Positions 10,485 to 19,797 of a DNA stretch of 64,000 nucleotides are shown in pieces; positions within the stretch are counted from its first letter, which is position 1; each line of letters starts with the position of its first letter. The position numbers and the translations under genes were made by a program. Below the pieces are notes generated by a model. It saw only the letters and a list, made by a program, of their open reading frames with translations. It searched no databases and had not been told where the DNA came from. Origin of the DNA: a virus. Lineage: Duplodnaviria; Caudoviricetes. The stretch lies in IMG/VR virus record IMGVR_UViG_2830247124_000001, positions 1 through 64,000 of that record; one strand, written 5' to 3'.

Positions 10485-10896
10485 CTACGGATACTTCGAC
10501 ACGTACACAGAAGAAGACAAAGCAGAAGAAAGTTCTGCAACAGAAGAGAAAGACGGAAACGGTTTCGTTCAGGTCCGACGCATCAACGCCGAGGAAGAGG
10601 CACCTTTCGATTGGCGCGAGGTTACCTACCCTGGGTACTTCGAAGACGCGACGTACTGGTCCCCGCCGAAGGGAGCCGAAGAGAAGAAAAAAGTCGGGTA
10701 CTACTTCCGGGAGTCTGTCACCGAGAGGCTCGATGGGTTTTATGCGTACCTCGACGAGGCCACGGAGTTGGACTTTTCGAAGAGCCGAGTCGTGGAGGCG
10801 GCCCTCTGTCTTTTCCTGCGCGAGTGGGAAACGAAGGGAAAGGGAAGCGTATCGATGAAATGGCTCAACTTTCTCATAGAGGACCAAGGCCAATGA
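10477..10896 (+). CDS. Putative ribbon-helix-helix partition partner protein
   Basis: Overlaps parA stop; KKVGYYF-helix-SKSRVVEAAL pattern typical of RHH proteins. Confidence 0.6.
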   Translation: MSDYGYFDTYTEEDKAEESSATEEKDGNGFVQVRRINAEEEAPFDWREVTYPGYFEDATYWSPPKGAEEKKKVGYYFRESVTERLDGFYAYLDEATELDFSKSRVVEAALCLFLREWETKGKGSVSMKWLNFLIEDQGQ

Positions 10897-11792
10897 CTGA
10901 TAACCGGCGCGAAAGCAGCACGATCACTGAAGACTTGCCAGTCCAGTGCGAGATTTTCCCTGACGATACCCACCGGGACCACCAGAAGCTGATGGCCCAC
11001 CCGTTTGCGGCGTTCAGCAAATCCCTTGACGAGATTACGTATCGCCGGAAGTACAGTGATGGCCGCACGGTGAAGCTGGAAGTGAGGGCCTTGTCCCACT
11101 ACGGCATGGCCACCATCCACGATTTTGACGTGGTTCTTTACGTGATTTCTGTGATCCGCGAGGCCATGAACAGGGGGGATGATCCGCCCCGGACGGTGAC
11201 CTTCACGCCGAGGCAATTCCTGAAATGGACCGACCGGTCAACCGGTGGGCGTGCCTACGACAACCTGTACGAGTCTCTGGAGCGACTCGCGTCTACGTCC
11301 GTCAAGACCACCATCGGTGAAGGTGAGAGCCGACGAGAGAACATGGAGCCCTGGCTGGCCTGGAGCATCGAGCTTCGAGAAGACGGGGAGACCCTTCGGC
11401 GCAATGACCAAGTCACTGTCCGGATCAACTCCTGGCTGTGGAAGTCCGTCGCCGAGAACGAGTTCGTCCTGGCTATCGACCAGGAATACTTCGGGCTCCG
11501 CTCATCCTACGAGCGATTCCTGTACCGGGTCTTCCGAAAATCTGTGGGGCAAGACAACTTCTGGGGATGGAAGATGAAAGCCCTGTACGAAAAGGCCGGG
11601 ACGGACGTACGGTACTCGCACTTTGCGTACAAGGTCAGGCAGTGCGCTGAGAAAGATAACCTTCCACGCTACCGGCTCTCCGTGATGGAGGGCGAGGATG
11701 AATGGGTCCGGGCGTACGACAGAGACTACTGGCAGAAGTGCTTGAACGACGAGCTTAGAGCACCGCCGAAGCCTTGGGAGATTGGGCACTGA
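10893..11792 (+). CDS. repA: Plasmid replication initiator (RPA/RepA-type)
   Basis: LMAHPFAAFSK, GMATIHDFDVVLY, GGRAYDNLYESLERL, YFGLRSSYERFLY; ATGA coupling to the previous gene; iterons downstream. Confidence 0.85.
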   Translation: MTDNRRESSTITEDLPVQCEIFPDDTHRDHQKLMAHPFAAFSKSLDEITYRRKYSDGRTVKLEVRALSHYGMATIHDFDVVLYVISVIREAMNRGDDPPRTVTFTPRQFLKWTDRSTGGRAYDNLYESLERLASTSVKTTIGEGESRRENMEPWLAWSIELREDGETLRRNDQVTVRINSWLWKSVAENEFVLAIDQEYFGLRSSYERFLYRVFRKSVGQDNFWGWKMKALYEKAGTDVRYSHFAYKVRQCAEKDNLPRYRLSVMEGEDEWVRAYDRDYWQKCLNDELRAPPKPWEIGH

Positions 11793-11806
11793 GAAAGGTT
11801 TTCAAG

Positions 11807-11995
11807 TTATCCACAGGCCCTGTGTTGTTTCACAGGTTTCTAAGTTTGTACTGTTTATATAAGGTGTGCTCACAGAAATCACGCGGTTGCATCACAGAAA
11901 TCACGCGGTCACGTCACAGAAATCACGCGATTCGATCACGGAAATCACGCGGTCAAAAACGGCGAGTCCACAGGGTTTTGAACCTGTTATCCACA
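11807..11995. other. Iteron-type plasmid replication origin
   Basis: DnaA boxes TTATCCACA at 11807 and 11987, AT-rich stretch ~11837-11862, four iterons between them. Confidence 0.88.
11870..11957 (+). repeat. Four 22-bp iterons (TCACRGAAATCACGCG core)
   Basis: Copies start at 11870, 11892, 11914 and 11936. Confidence 0.92.
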
Positions 11996-12020
11996 ACCGG
12001 ACTCAAATAATTATTTGAGT

Positions 12021-12368
12021 TCAGAACGGAAGCTCCACCAGAAGGCTCGCCGATGGGTACAGGTCCTCGTACATCTCGGAGGGCACCCGTATGATCTTGT
12101 CGCTTCGGCAGACTTTCTCTCCGTTCATGTTCGTCTTTGTCTCGATGAAGTATATGGACAACCTGTGCCGGACCTTGGGCCGCCCGTGGTACTGGTTCAT
12201 CGACGGGTGCAGAAAGAAAGTGAGTTGACTGAATCCCGTGAGTAGCTCATTTTCCTGGTCGTCGCCGGGAAAGAATATCCCTATATCGCTGGGCTCGAAG
12301 TTACGGAGCTTCGGGTGAATGCGGGGAATGACTTCATCGTCTACCATGTCCACTACTGTGTCTGCCAT
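12021..12368 (-). CDS. Hypothetical protein
   Basis: ORF downstream of dnaB on the same strand. Confidence 0.55.
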   Translation of the reverse strand: MADTVVDMVDDEVIPRIHPKLRNFEPSDIGIFFPGDDQENELLTGFSQLTFFLHPSMNQYHGRPKVRHRLSIYFIETKTNMNGEKVCRSDKIIRVPSEMYEDLYPSASLLVELPF

Positions 12369-12398
12369 AGTCTTGAATCTGTTGGTGGAAGTCCGTCG

Positions 12399-14219
12399 CT
12401 AAAATGGCATGTCGTCTTCCTCCATGCCTGTACCCCCGTCTTCCTGCGGTATGTCCAGGGGGTCTTCTTCATCTTCTCCAGAGTCATCTTCCTCAGAACT
12501 TTCTTCTGTATCGTCAAGGGCAGAACCAGAGCCGACCGGCGTCGATGGAATCGGTGCGCTTGGGGCGCTGTCCCCAGACGGTGCGGTGTCCCCAGACGGT
12601 GCGGTATCTCCCGAGGGGTCGTCTCCTTCGTCCATGAGACTCTTCTGAGGGTCGGGGTTACCGGCCACCTCGTGGGTCGCCTGCTCGCCTTGGACGTCCT
12701 CATCGACGAACTCCTCGGCCCAGCTAGGAATCGACGCCTTCGGCGCGGACCCCTCATGCTCGTCGTCTTCTTCGATTTCGGCATTGTCTCCAAATTCTCC
12801 CTTGACGTCCATCGACTCAAATTTTGCGTACTCGTCTATGAAGCGCATGAATACGGTGCCGACCGGTCCGTTGCGCTGCTTGCTCACGATGAAGTCTGCA
12901 AGCCCATCGGAGGGGACCCCCAGCTTGTCGTGCTGCTCGATGCCGAGGCGTTCGGGGCGGTGTATAAAGCCCACCACGTCGGCGTCCTGCTCCAGTGCCC
13001 CCGACTCCCGGAGGTCCGAGAGGCCGGGACGCTTGCCCCCTCCCCTCGACAGGCTCTTTCTGTTAAGCTGAGAGAGGGCAATGACCGGGACTTCCAGGTC
13101 CATTGCCATCACCTTTAGCTGGCGAGAGATGTATGCAACCTCCTGCTCCCGCGTCCCGAATGAGCCGCTCGACCCGACGAGTTGTAGGTAGTCAATGTAG
13201 ATTTGCTCGACCCCCTCCGTCCGGATGAGCCGACGCGCCTTCGCCCGGATGGCGCTGATCGTAATGCCTGGGTCGTCGATCACCCAGAGGGGCAGCTTCT
13301 CAATCTCTTTCGCTGCCTTGTACATCTTCAGAAGCTCCTGGTCAGACCCGTAGCCACGGGCGACTTTTTGCATGTTGACCTCCCCAAGGTACCCGGTCGC
13401 CCGGTCGAGCCATTCCCCCTGTCCCATCTCCAGTGAGAAAATCGCAGTCTTGTGGCCGCTCTTTGCCGACTCCACGGCATCGGCCAGCGCGAAGGCCGAC
13501 TTCCCCATAGATGGCCTCGCTGCCAGTATGATTAGCTCTTCATCCCCCCACCCACCAGTCATATCATTTATCTTGTCGAAGGGGGTGGGTATCCCTGTCA
13601 GTGGGCTCTCCCCCGAGCGGCGTAGGCGAGTGGACTCGACGTGCTGCTCGATGCGGTCCGGGACGCCGGTCTCGATGCGCCCGCCGTCCACCTCGTCCCC
13701 AACGCCAAGAGACAGAATCTCTTCTTGGGAGGTCTCCAGCACCTCGAAGGCGTCGGTGGTTTCGTCCTGGGCCTTCTGGACGACCTCCAGCCCGCTCTCT
13801 ATGATCCGCCTCTTGAGCCACTCCTCGACGACGATGCGCGTGTACTTCTTGACGCTGGAGGAGACCCCTGCCTGGGTGGTAAGCTCGGTGATGTAGTACG
13901 CCCCGCCCGCGTTTTCAAGCTCGCCCATCTTCCGCAGCGCCTCCGTCACGGTCATCATATCGACTGGCTCTCCTTCGCTCAAGAGCCCCATGACTGCGTA
14001 TGCAATGCGCTGGTGACGCCCTGCGTAGAACTTGGTGTACTCCCCCTCGATCACATCGACCATGTCGTGGGCCGCCCCCTCGCCACTGGACTGAATCACC
14101 GCTCCCAGGAGGCGCTTCTCGACCTCTACTGCATTGGGGGGCTCTTCGCTCGTATCGATACTGGCCTCGTCGGAGCCTTCCCCGCCGCCTCTATTTTTCT
14201 CAAGTGGGTAATCTGCCAT
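12399..14219 (-). CDS. dnaB: Replicative DNA helicase DnaB with long acidic C-terminal tail
   Basis: LAARPSMGKS, FSLEM, IDYLQL, ALSQLNR, DLRESGALEQDAD, KQRNGP. Confidence 0.96.
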   Translation of the reverse strand: MADYPLEKNRGGGEGSDEASIDTSEEPPNAVEVEKRLLGAVIQSSGEGAAHDMVDVIEGEYTKFYAGRHQRIAYAVMGLLSEGEPVDMMTVTEALRKMGELENAGGAYYITELTTQAGVSSSVKKYTRIVVEEWLKRRIIESGLEVVQKAQDETTDAFEVLETSQEEILSLGVGDEVDGGRIETGVPDRIEQHVESTRLRRSGESPLTGIPTPFDKINDMTGGWGDEELIILAARPSMGKSAFALADAVESAKSGHKTAIFSLEMGQGEWLDRATGYLGEVNMQKVARGYGSDQELLKMYKAAKEIEKLPLWVIDDPGITISAIRAKARRLIRTEGVEQIYIDYLQLVGSSGSFGTREQEVAYISRQLKVMAMDLEVPVIALSQLNRKSLSRGGGKRPGLSDLRESGALEQDADVVGFIHRPERLGIEQHDKLGVPSDGLADFIVSKQRNGPVGTVFMRFIDEYAKFESMDVKGEFGDNAEIEEDDEHEGSAPKASIPSWAEEFVDEDVQGEQATHEVAGNPDPQKSLMDEGDDPSGDTAPSGDTAPSGDSAPSAPIPSTPVGSGSALDDTEESSEEDDSGEDEEDPLDIPQEDGGTGMEEDDMPF

Positions 14220-14266
14220 TAGTGGCGCATTGGTTGATCGGTCAAATAATTATTTGATTTTGCCTA

Positions 14267-15289
14267 CTACGGCTGGTAGGCGTATAGCTTGCTGCTCCCG
14301 TCTTCCGTCCATCCGCAGGAGAGGAAGTCCTCCATCGACGTCTCGCCGTTGGCCTCGATAATCTTCTCGACCTTCCACTCGGGAACCTCGTCCCCTTCCT
14401 CGGGGAGCGAGTAGTCGTTGCCGGGTCCAGTCCCGGAATCGCTGATGTTCATCTTCACGCGCCACTCTTCGTAGCGGTACTGGCCTTGGTCATTTTTCTT
14501 CTTCAGCTTCGTGGGGGAGATGAGGTTGCCAGAGGATACCCACCACCCTTCCTCCTCGTACATAAAGCGGATCAGGTCCCCCAGGCTCTCCTTGGTCATG
14601 TCCCGACCGACCACCCAATCGAACGCCGACGCCCACTTCTGTAAGATTTGGTCTTTCTTTTGACGCCAGTTGTACCGGATGCGCTCTCCTTCAAGCTCGT
14701 CTTGCCGCTTCCACCAGCGCTTGGCGTACTTCATCTGCCAGTCCCCATCCTCAAAGTACGTATCGTCGTCTGGGTCTTCCTTCTTGCGGCGGCGCTCTTC
14801 CTTGGCCTGGATTTCCTCTTCCCGCTGGTGGTCAGCCTCCTGGGCAGAAAGCATGTCCTGGCGCATCAGGTCGTTCAGCCTATCGACACGCAGACGGTAG
14901 CGCTTGTCGTTGTCTCCATCGGACCGGAAGGGAAAGCCGGTCTCGATCAGGCCCCAGTCTTCCAGCGTGTTGGCCGCCTCCGTGACGTTGCGCTTGTTCA
15001 GCAGGCCAAAGCTGTCGGACACGATCTCTTCTCGGGTGCGGCGCACCCACATCGCTCCGTTAATCTCTTGGAGGTCGTCGTTCCCGTCCTTCGCTTCCTG
15101 GACGTTTTCTCGCCTCCGGATGCCCTGCTCGCGGTGCTCATGTCCGGTCCAGAATTCGAGTATGCTTAGAAGGATGGCCGCCGACTGGTCTCCATCACAG
15201 ATTTCAAGATAGGACTCCCTGAGCGTCAGCGTCCGCTCGCGGGAGGGGCTCGCAACAACAGAATTCCTCATCAGGCTGGGGTTTGACAA
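14267..15289 (-). CDS. Putative phage replication initiator / winged-helix protein
   Basis: Directly upstream of dnaB; AAILLSILEFW..WVRRT..LEDWGLI..YRL resembles wHTH initiators. Confidence 0.55.
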   Translation of the reverse strand: MSNPSLMRNSVVASPSRERTLTLRESYLEICDGDQSAAILLSILEFWTGHEHREQGIRRRENVQEAKDGNDDLQEINGAMWVRRTREEIVSDSFGLLNKRNVTEAANTLEDWGLIETGFPFRSDGDNDKRYRLRVDRLNDLMRQDMLSAQEADHQREEEIQAKEERRRKKEDPDDDTYFEDGDWQMKYAKRWWKRQDELEGERIRYNWRQKKDQILQKWASAFDWVVGRDMTKESLGDLIRFMYEEEGWWVSSGNLISPTKLKKKNDQGQYRYEEWRVKMNISDSGTGPGNDYSLPEEGDEVPEWKVEKIIEANGETSMEDFLSCGWTEDGSSKLYAYQP

Positions 15290-15317
15290 CTTGCTAGAAG
15301 GACAGGCGCAGGCACGA

Positions 15318-16097
15318 TTAGGCGTCTTCCTCGCTGTCTTCCTCGGTCTGCTGCTCCTGGCCTTCGGGATTCTCCTGCCCGTTCTGCTTCTGTCCGTTGG
15401 GGCTCTGCTTCTGGCCGTTCTGCTGCCCGTTCTGCTTGCTCGGGTGCGTTCCCTCCGACTGGATCATGCGACGCACCGAATTGATCTGGTCCGGGTGCAG
15501 TTGTCCAGCATCGGTGATGCCATAGTGCTCTTCCAGAAGATCGTCGAACTGGTCTCTGGGAATCGCAAATTTTTTCGCCCCTGCCAGAATCTTCTTGCGC
15601 TGGCTCTTCCCGATGGTGGGGGGCTCTTCTGGGTCGTCCCCGGCTGGGATCAAGAAGTTCTTGTACAGCAGATACTTGACTGCGCCGGTGACGGCCTTGT
15701 AGATGCCCTTGTCCTGCTCGTCGTAGCCGTGGCCCCGGCTCTTGACTGTGATCGTTGCGCCGGTGTCCCCATCGACGAAGCTGTGCTCGGTGACGACCTT
15801 GGTCATGTCTCCCTGGCTGCCCTTCTCCTCGACGGAGGTGAAGAGCATCACGCCTACCTCGCTCAGGGGCTTCCGGATCTTCTCAGTCAAGTCCCGCTCG
15901 GTGACGTAGGAGTAGCCATGATAATCATTTTCGCCGGTCTTCTCGATGTACTGCACGTCCTTTCGAACGTCACTGAGCTTCTGGGACAGCGCCCCAATGT
16001 CGGCCATCGAGTCGGCAATCGCAAAGGTGTGCTTCCCGAGGTTGATCTGAAGTGGCTGCTCGCCTTCCGGTCGGGTCTGGTGGTCGGTCTGTTCCAT
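15318..16097 (-). CDS. erf: ERF-family ssDNA annealing protein
   Basis: IEKTGEN..HGYSY, DKGIYKAVTGAVKYLL, GDDPE. Confidence 0.88.
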   Translation of the reverse strand: MEQTDHQTRPEGEQPLQINLGKHTFAIADSMADIGALSQKLSDVRKDVQYIEKTGENDYHGYSYVTERDLTEKIRKPLSEVGVMLFTSVEEKGSQGDMTKVVTEHSFVDGDTGATITVKSRGHGYDEQDKGIYKAVTGAVKYLLYKNFLIPAGDDPEEPPTIGKSQRKKILAGAKKFAIPRDQFDDLLEEHYGITDAGQLHPDQINSVRRMIQSEGTHPSKQNGQQNGQKQSPNGQKQNGQENPEGQEQQTEEDSEEDA

Positions 16098-16173
16098 AAG
16101 ATGTTAGATCGGAATGTTAGAATAACATTGAACACAATTACGACCCCGCCAGGACCGGCGGGGCCGCGTCTTT

Positions 16174-16611
16174 CTACGCCGGTTGCTGATCTTCTTCCTG
16201 GTCTTGGCCTTCTCTCTTCTCTTCGGTCACCTGCTTGAGATCACGTACGCGGGGATCCGTCTTCGAGTAGATCGTCCCCAGAAGGACATCTCCATCACGG
16301 ATGAGGTAGACAGGGCAGGTGTAGTATTCTTTCAGGAACTCTCCCTCTACCCACTGTCCCTTCCGGTCTCTCTGCTTTCTCCACTCTCCGTATGCGCGTC
16401 GGAACCCACCGTCCGGGTGTATCTGTGGAATCGGGTCAGCCGCGTACGGATCGAGCGTCCCGTCGTCGTTCTCCGCACAGTCTTCTTTCGAGACAATGAC
16501 TTTGCTATCCTGGGGGATCTGTTCTCCCAGGTAGTTGGTGTCTCCTGGCTGGGCCTCACGGAAGGTAAGATGGTGTGCCCAGCGCATGAGAATTCCGTCG
16601 ATTGTGGGCAT
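16174..16611 (-). CDS. Hypothetical protein
   Basis: ORF in minus-strand run. Confidence 0.6.
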   Translation of the reverse strand: MPTIDGILMRWAHHLTFREAQPGDTNYLGEQIPQDSKVIVSKEDCAENDDGTLDPYAADPIPQIHPDGGFRRAYGEWRKQRDRKGQWVEGEFLKEYYTCPVYLIRDGDVLLGTIYSKTDPRVRDLKQVTEEKREGQDQEEDQQPA

Positions 16612-16707
16612 ACAGGGTCATCAGGTGTGCTTTGAGAAGATGTTGTCCTGGTTCTATCTGAATCGCCTTTGAAGGTTCCGAAACTGAAGAACCTGTATGT
16701 GGAATTA

Positions 16708-17085
16708 TTATTCTTGCGCCCTCTCACTTTCCTGTTCCGCAGGCTCTACTCCGTCCGGGCCCATAACCAGTTCCGCAAGCTCTTCTCCGTCCGGGCCCTC
16801 GAAGCGCACGGTCTGGTCATGCTTTCCGTCGTCGGACCACCTGAACTTTCCCGTCCATCCGAATTTCCTCATTGCGTCGGCTTTTTTGTTTTCGGTTTCT
16901 TCTGATGAAGGGGCCTGACTGTTGCTACGGAACTGATCTACTGCCGCCAAGAGGTTGACCACCTTGCTGCCAATCTCCAAAAAAATGCGTAGGTCCTTCA
17001 AGAACGCATCTATGCGCTCATCTGGGATCTTCATCATGTCCTCCAGGCTCTCAATCTCGTAGGTCTCGCCGGTTGGTTCACTCAT
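16708..17085 (-). CDS. Hypothetical protein
   Basis: Acidic ORF from MSEPTGE, overlapping the stop of the upstream gene. Confidence 0.6.
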   Translation of the reverse strand: MSEPTGETYEIESLEDMMKIPDERIDAFLKDLRIFLEIGSKVVNLLAAVDQFRSNSQAPSSEETENKKADAMRKFGWTGKFRWSDDGKHDQTVRFEGPDGEELAELVMGPDGVEPAEQESERAQE

Positions 17086-17356
17086 TTGAATCGGTGTTGT
17101 CTTGTGTCTGGGAACGAAGCGATTTGAGCCAGCGCTCTTTCTGGGTAAGTCCATCGACTCTTTCTTTCTGGACTGAGCGTACACGGTGTTTGTATCTGTG
17201 CCACTTGCCCCTGTAGTAGGATGGGACCTGCCGGATGGCCTGCCAGACCCCACCGAATACAGCGGCGACCCAGAAAAACGTAAGGGCCGAGTAGTCAGTG
17301 AAGTAGTGTACCTCTCTATCGTCCGTGTCTCTGCTTTCCATTGGGCCGGTTGTCAT
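17078..17356 (-). CDS. Small membrane protein
   Basis: One hydrophobic segment ALTFFWVAAVFGGVW. Confidence 0.55.
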   Translation of the reverse strand: MTTGPMESRDTDDREVHYFTDYSALTFFWVAAVFGGVWQAIRQVPSYYRGKWHRYKHRVRSVQKERVDGLTQKERWLKSLRSQTQDNTDSNE

Positions 17357-17361
17357 TGGAG

Positions 17362-18012
17362 TCAGTTCTCTTGTGCAGACTTGCGCTTCCGGATGCGCTG
17401 AAGGTCGTACATCGACCCGTCGTATCCGTCTTCCTCAAGCTGGGACCAGACCTGGAAGTAAACTTCAAACCGCTCCAGCCGCTGGCCCGTCTTCAGAAGC
17501 TGGCGCTCGGATGGGCTCTCCAGCATCTCGCGTGCGACCTCCACGTACTTGCGCTTCCCAGGGGTTGAGTTTTCCCAGTTGCGCAGCTTGTCGAGGCTGT
17601 CGGTAGTGGCCACGCTTGGGGGCGAGCCCGCACGGATCATCTTCAGGCTCTCGTAGGCGAACTTCTGCCTCCAGGAGTCTACGATCCCGTCCTCGTCGGC
17701 GGCGCGGTTGATGACGTCCGCCGCCCACTGCGGCGTTGACTGGCAGATCACGACACGCTCGCTGGTGCCATGTCCCTCCAAGAGCAGGAAGCTGGCGGCC
17801 AGTCCCGCCTTCTTCTTCATTCCAGGGGGCACCTCACGGCGCATCGGAAGCCGCTTATACGGCTCGTCTCCGGTCGTGAGAGAGTCTTCGCTGAACGTAC
17901 CAGCGTCTCGGTGATTCTGGTACTCTTGAAGCTCTTCTTCAGTCAGAGGCACGTTCCGGGTCTGCACCTTCGCTGCTGTCTTGCTCTGATCCTGTGTCGT
18001 TTGATCGGTCAT
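17362..18012 (-). CDS. Hypothetical protein
   Basis: ORF from MTDQTT in operon. Confidence 0.6.
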   Translation of the reverse strand: MTDQTTQDQSKTAAKVQTRNVPLTEEELQEYQNHRDAGTFSEDSLTTGDEPYKRLPMRREVPPGMKKKAGLAASFLLLEGHGTSERVVICQSTPQWAADVINRAADEDGIVDSWRQKFAYESLKMIRAGSPPSVATTDSLDKLRNWENSTPGKRKYVEVAREMLESPSERQLLKTGQRLERFEVYFQVWSQLEEDGYDGSMYDLQRIRKRKSAQEN

Positions 18013-18316
18013 TGGAATCTTGCTGGGTCTGGAGTGAAGAAACTTCGCTGAGAATCTCATCGAGTGCGTCGTGGGGGCGCTCCTGTGCGACAAGGTTCGT
18101 GGCCCGTGCCGAGAGTTCTACCCCGTCGGTGCGGTCGTCGAGCTTCGGGCCATTGACTGCTATCGAGAGCAGGCTTGTGCCCATGATCGAGAGGCCGGTC
18201 GGGGCCGCGTCCGGGCGCTCGTCGGCCCACTTCACGGCCAAGTCCAAAAATGCCCGCATGTACTTCTCGTCCCTGTCGCTGAAAACGTCGGATTCTTCGG
18301 TGGCTACCTGTGCCAT
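17939..18316 (-). CDS. Hypothetical protein
   Basis: Acidic ORF preceded by the 16-bp palindrome. Confidence 0.55.
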   Translation of the reverse strand: MAQVATEESDVFSDRDEKYMRAFLDLAVKWADERPDAAPTGLSIMGTSLLSIAVNGPKLDDRTDGVELSARATNLVAQERPHDALDEILSEVSSLQTQQDSNDRSNDTGSEQDSSEGADPERASD

Positions 18317-18358
18317 ATCACTTTCAAATAATTATTTGAGTCTGATTATGCGCCTGAT

Positions 18359-19753
18359 CTATGGCCGTATCTTCCTGGACACCCGCTTGAAGGTCTTCTG
18401 GTCAGGCACCTCGAAGTGCTCTCCCTCGAACTGGTACCTGGCTTTCTTCGAACGCGGATTGTCGTCGTCCCACATGTCGGTGGTGTTGTCGAACCAGTAG
18501 ATTTTCGAGTTCTTCGAGTTGTCGATGATCTCCTGGTTTCCGTCCCAGTCCGTGAAGTAGAGAATCACCCTGCCCTCCAGGTCCCACTCGCTCTTCCGGT
18601 TGTCGGTCACAAACCGCATCACGTCGCGGTCGAATTTCGCGTCGATGTGTCCGTTGGGGCAGAGGAAGATGTCGATGTCGTCTCGGAGCATTGCGCCCGA
18701 CGCGATCTTCGAGTAGAAAATCGCCTCGTCTGCGCAGGACGGGGACGTGTCCACAAGCAGGGCCAGCCGGGACTTCTCGTAGTCGTGACGGCACTGGTGC
18801 AGGGGCTTCTTCGTCACCTGTCGTTTCATAATCTCGTGGGTATCCCAGAACCGGTCGCCATCGACCTCCGTGTAGCTCATGTCCTCGGCCACCTTCGCCA
18901 CCAGAAGCGCAAACTGAGTCGCCAGCTTGTGGTCTTCGATCTGCTGGGGAGTCCAGTCTGTACCAACATCGTTTTCGTTGATCTGGTAGGCGAAGTCTTG
19001 GATCTTGTCCTCGATCTTGTCGGCCTGCCGGGTGTAGCCGGTGTCCGTGAAGAATTCTCCGTTGGCGTCTTCGTTGACGCCGGTGGTCACCCGCTCCCCA
19101 GACGCCTGCCTCTGGGCCTCCTCCCATCCGGAGGTGTCCTCGTCCCCGAACGCCTGATCGTTTAGCGCCTGGGCCTGTTCTTCGCGCCGCTTCTGATCCT
19201 CGCTCTTCTCTCCAGAGCCGTCTTCTTCAGAAGCATCTTCTTTAGAGTTACTTTCTTCAGAGTCATCTTCTCCAGAAAGTGACAGATCCCGATTCTCTCG
19301 TAGAGCCTCGGCCTGCTCGTCGCTGATGTCCTGGCCGCTCGGGTTTGCGCTTCCGCTCTGCTTGCCCTGGCCGCTCTGGGGCTGCCCCTCGGACGGCTGC
19401 CCTTCGGACGGCTCACCGTCGGAGGGGTCGCCTTCGGAGGGATCGCCTTCGCCTTCCTGCTGCTCACCTTCGGAAGACTCTCCTTCAGCTTCGCCCTCTT
19501 GCGGGTCTCCTTCGCCTTCCTGCGGGTCGCCTTCACCATCTTTCGGCTCGCCCTCCTGCTGTTCGCCTTCTCCATCTTGAGGGTCACCGTCTTGCGGGTC
19601 GCCGTCGTCAGGCTCTTCCTCTTCCGGGGGCTCTTCCTCGTTTCGCCAGTCCCGCTCGACCTTGCTACGGCGCTCGGGCTCTTCTCCGGCGCTTCGGTTC
19701 GGCCCGTCGGCGCTTGGCTCTCCGGACATCATCTGCTCAATGAGATCATCCAT
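18359..19753 (-). CDS. VWA/MIDAS-like protein with acidic repetitive N-terminus
   Basis: LALLVDTSPS (DxSxS) and YFTD; EGEGDPQ-type repeats; adjacent to MoxR-like ATPase. Confidence 0.7.
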   Translation of the reverse strand: MDDLIEQMMSGEPSADGPNRSAGEEPERRSKVERDWRNEEEPPEEEEPDDGDPQDGDPQDGEGEQQEGEPKDGEGDPQEGEGDPQEGEAEGESSEGEQQEGEGDPSEGDPSDGEPSEGQPSEGQPQSGQGKQSGSANPSGQDISDEQAEALRENRDLSLSGEDDSEESNSKEDASEEDGSGEKSEDQKRREEQAQALNDQAFGDEDTSGWEEAQRQASGERVTTGVNEDANGEFFTDTGYTRQADKIEDKIQDFAYQINENDVGTDWTPQQIEDHKLATQFALLVAKVAEDMSYTEVDGDRFWDTHEIMKRQVTKKPLHQCRHDYEKSRLALLVDTSPSCADEAIFYSKIASGAMLRDDIDIFLCPNGHIDAKFDRDVMRFVTDNRKSEWDLEGRVILYFTDWDGNQEIIDNSKNSKIYWFDNTTDMWDDDNPRSKKARYQFEGEHFEVPDQKTFKRVSRKIRP

Positions 19754-19797
19754 GTCTCTATTCCATCTGTGAGAAGAGTGGAGAGGGCCGCAGTTGC

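Noticed and set aside
12565-12622. 18-bp tandem repeat as a regulatory element
   Set aside because: It encodes SGDTAP-type repeats in the disordered DnaB tail.
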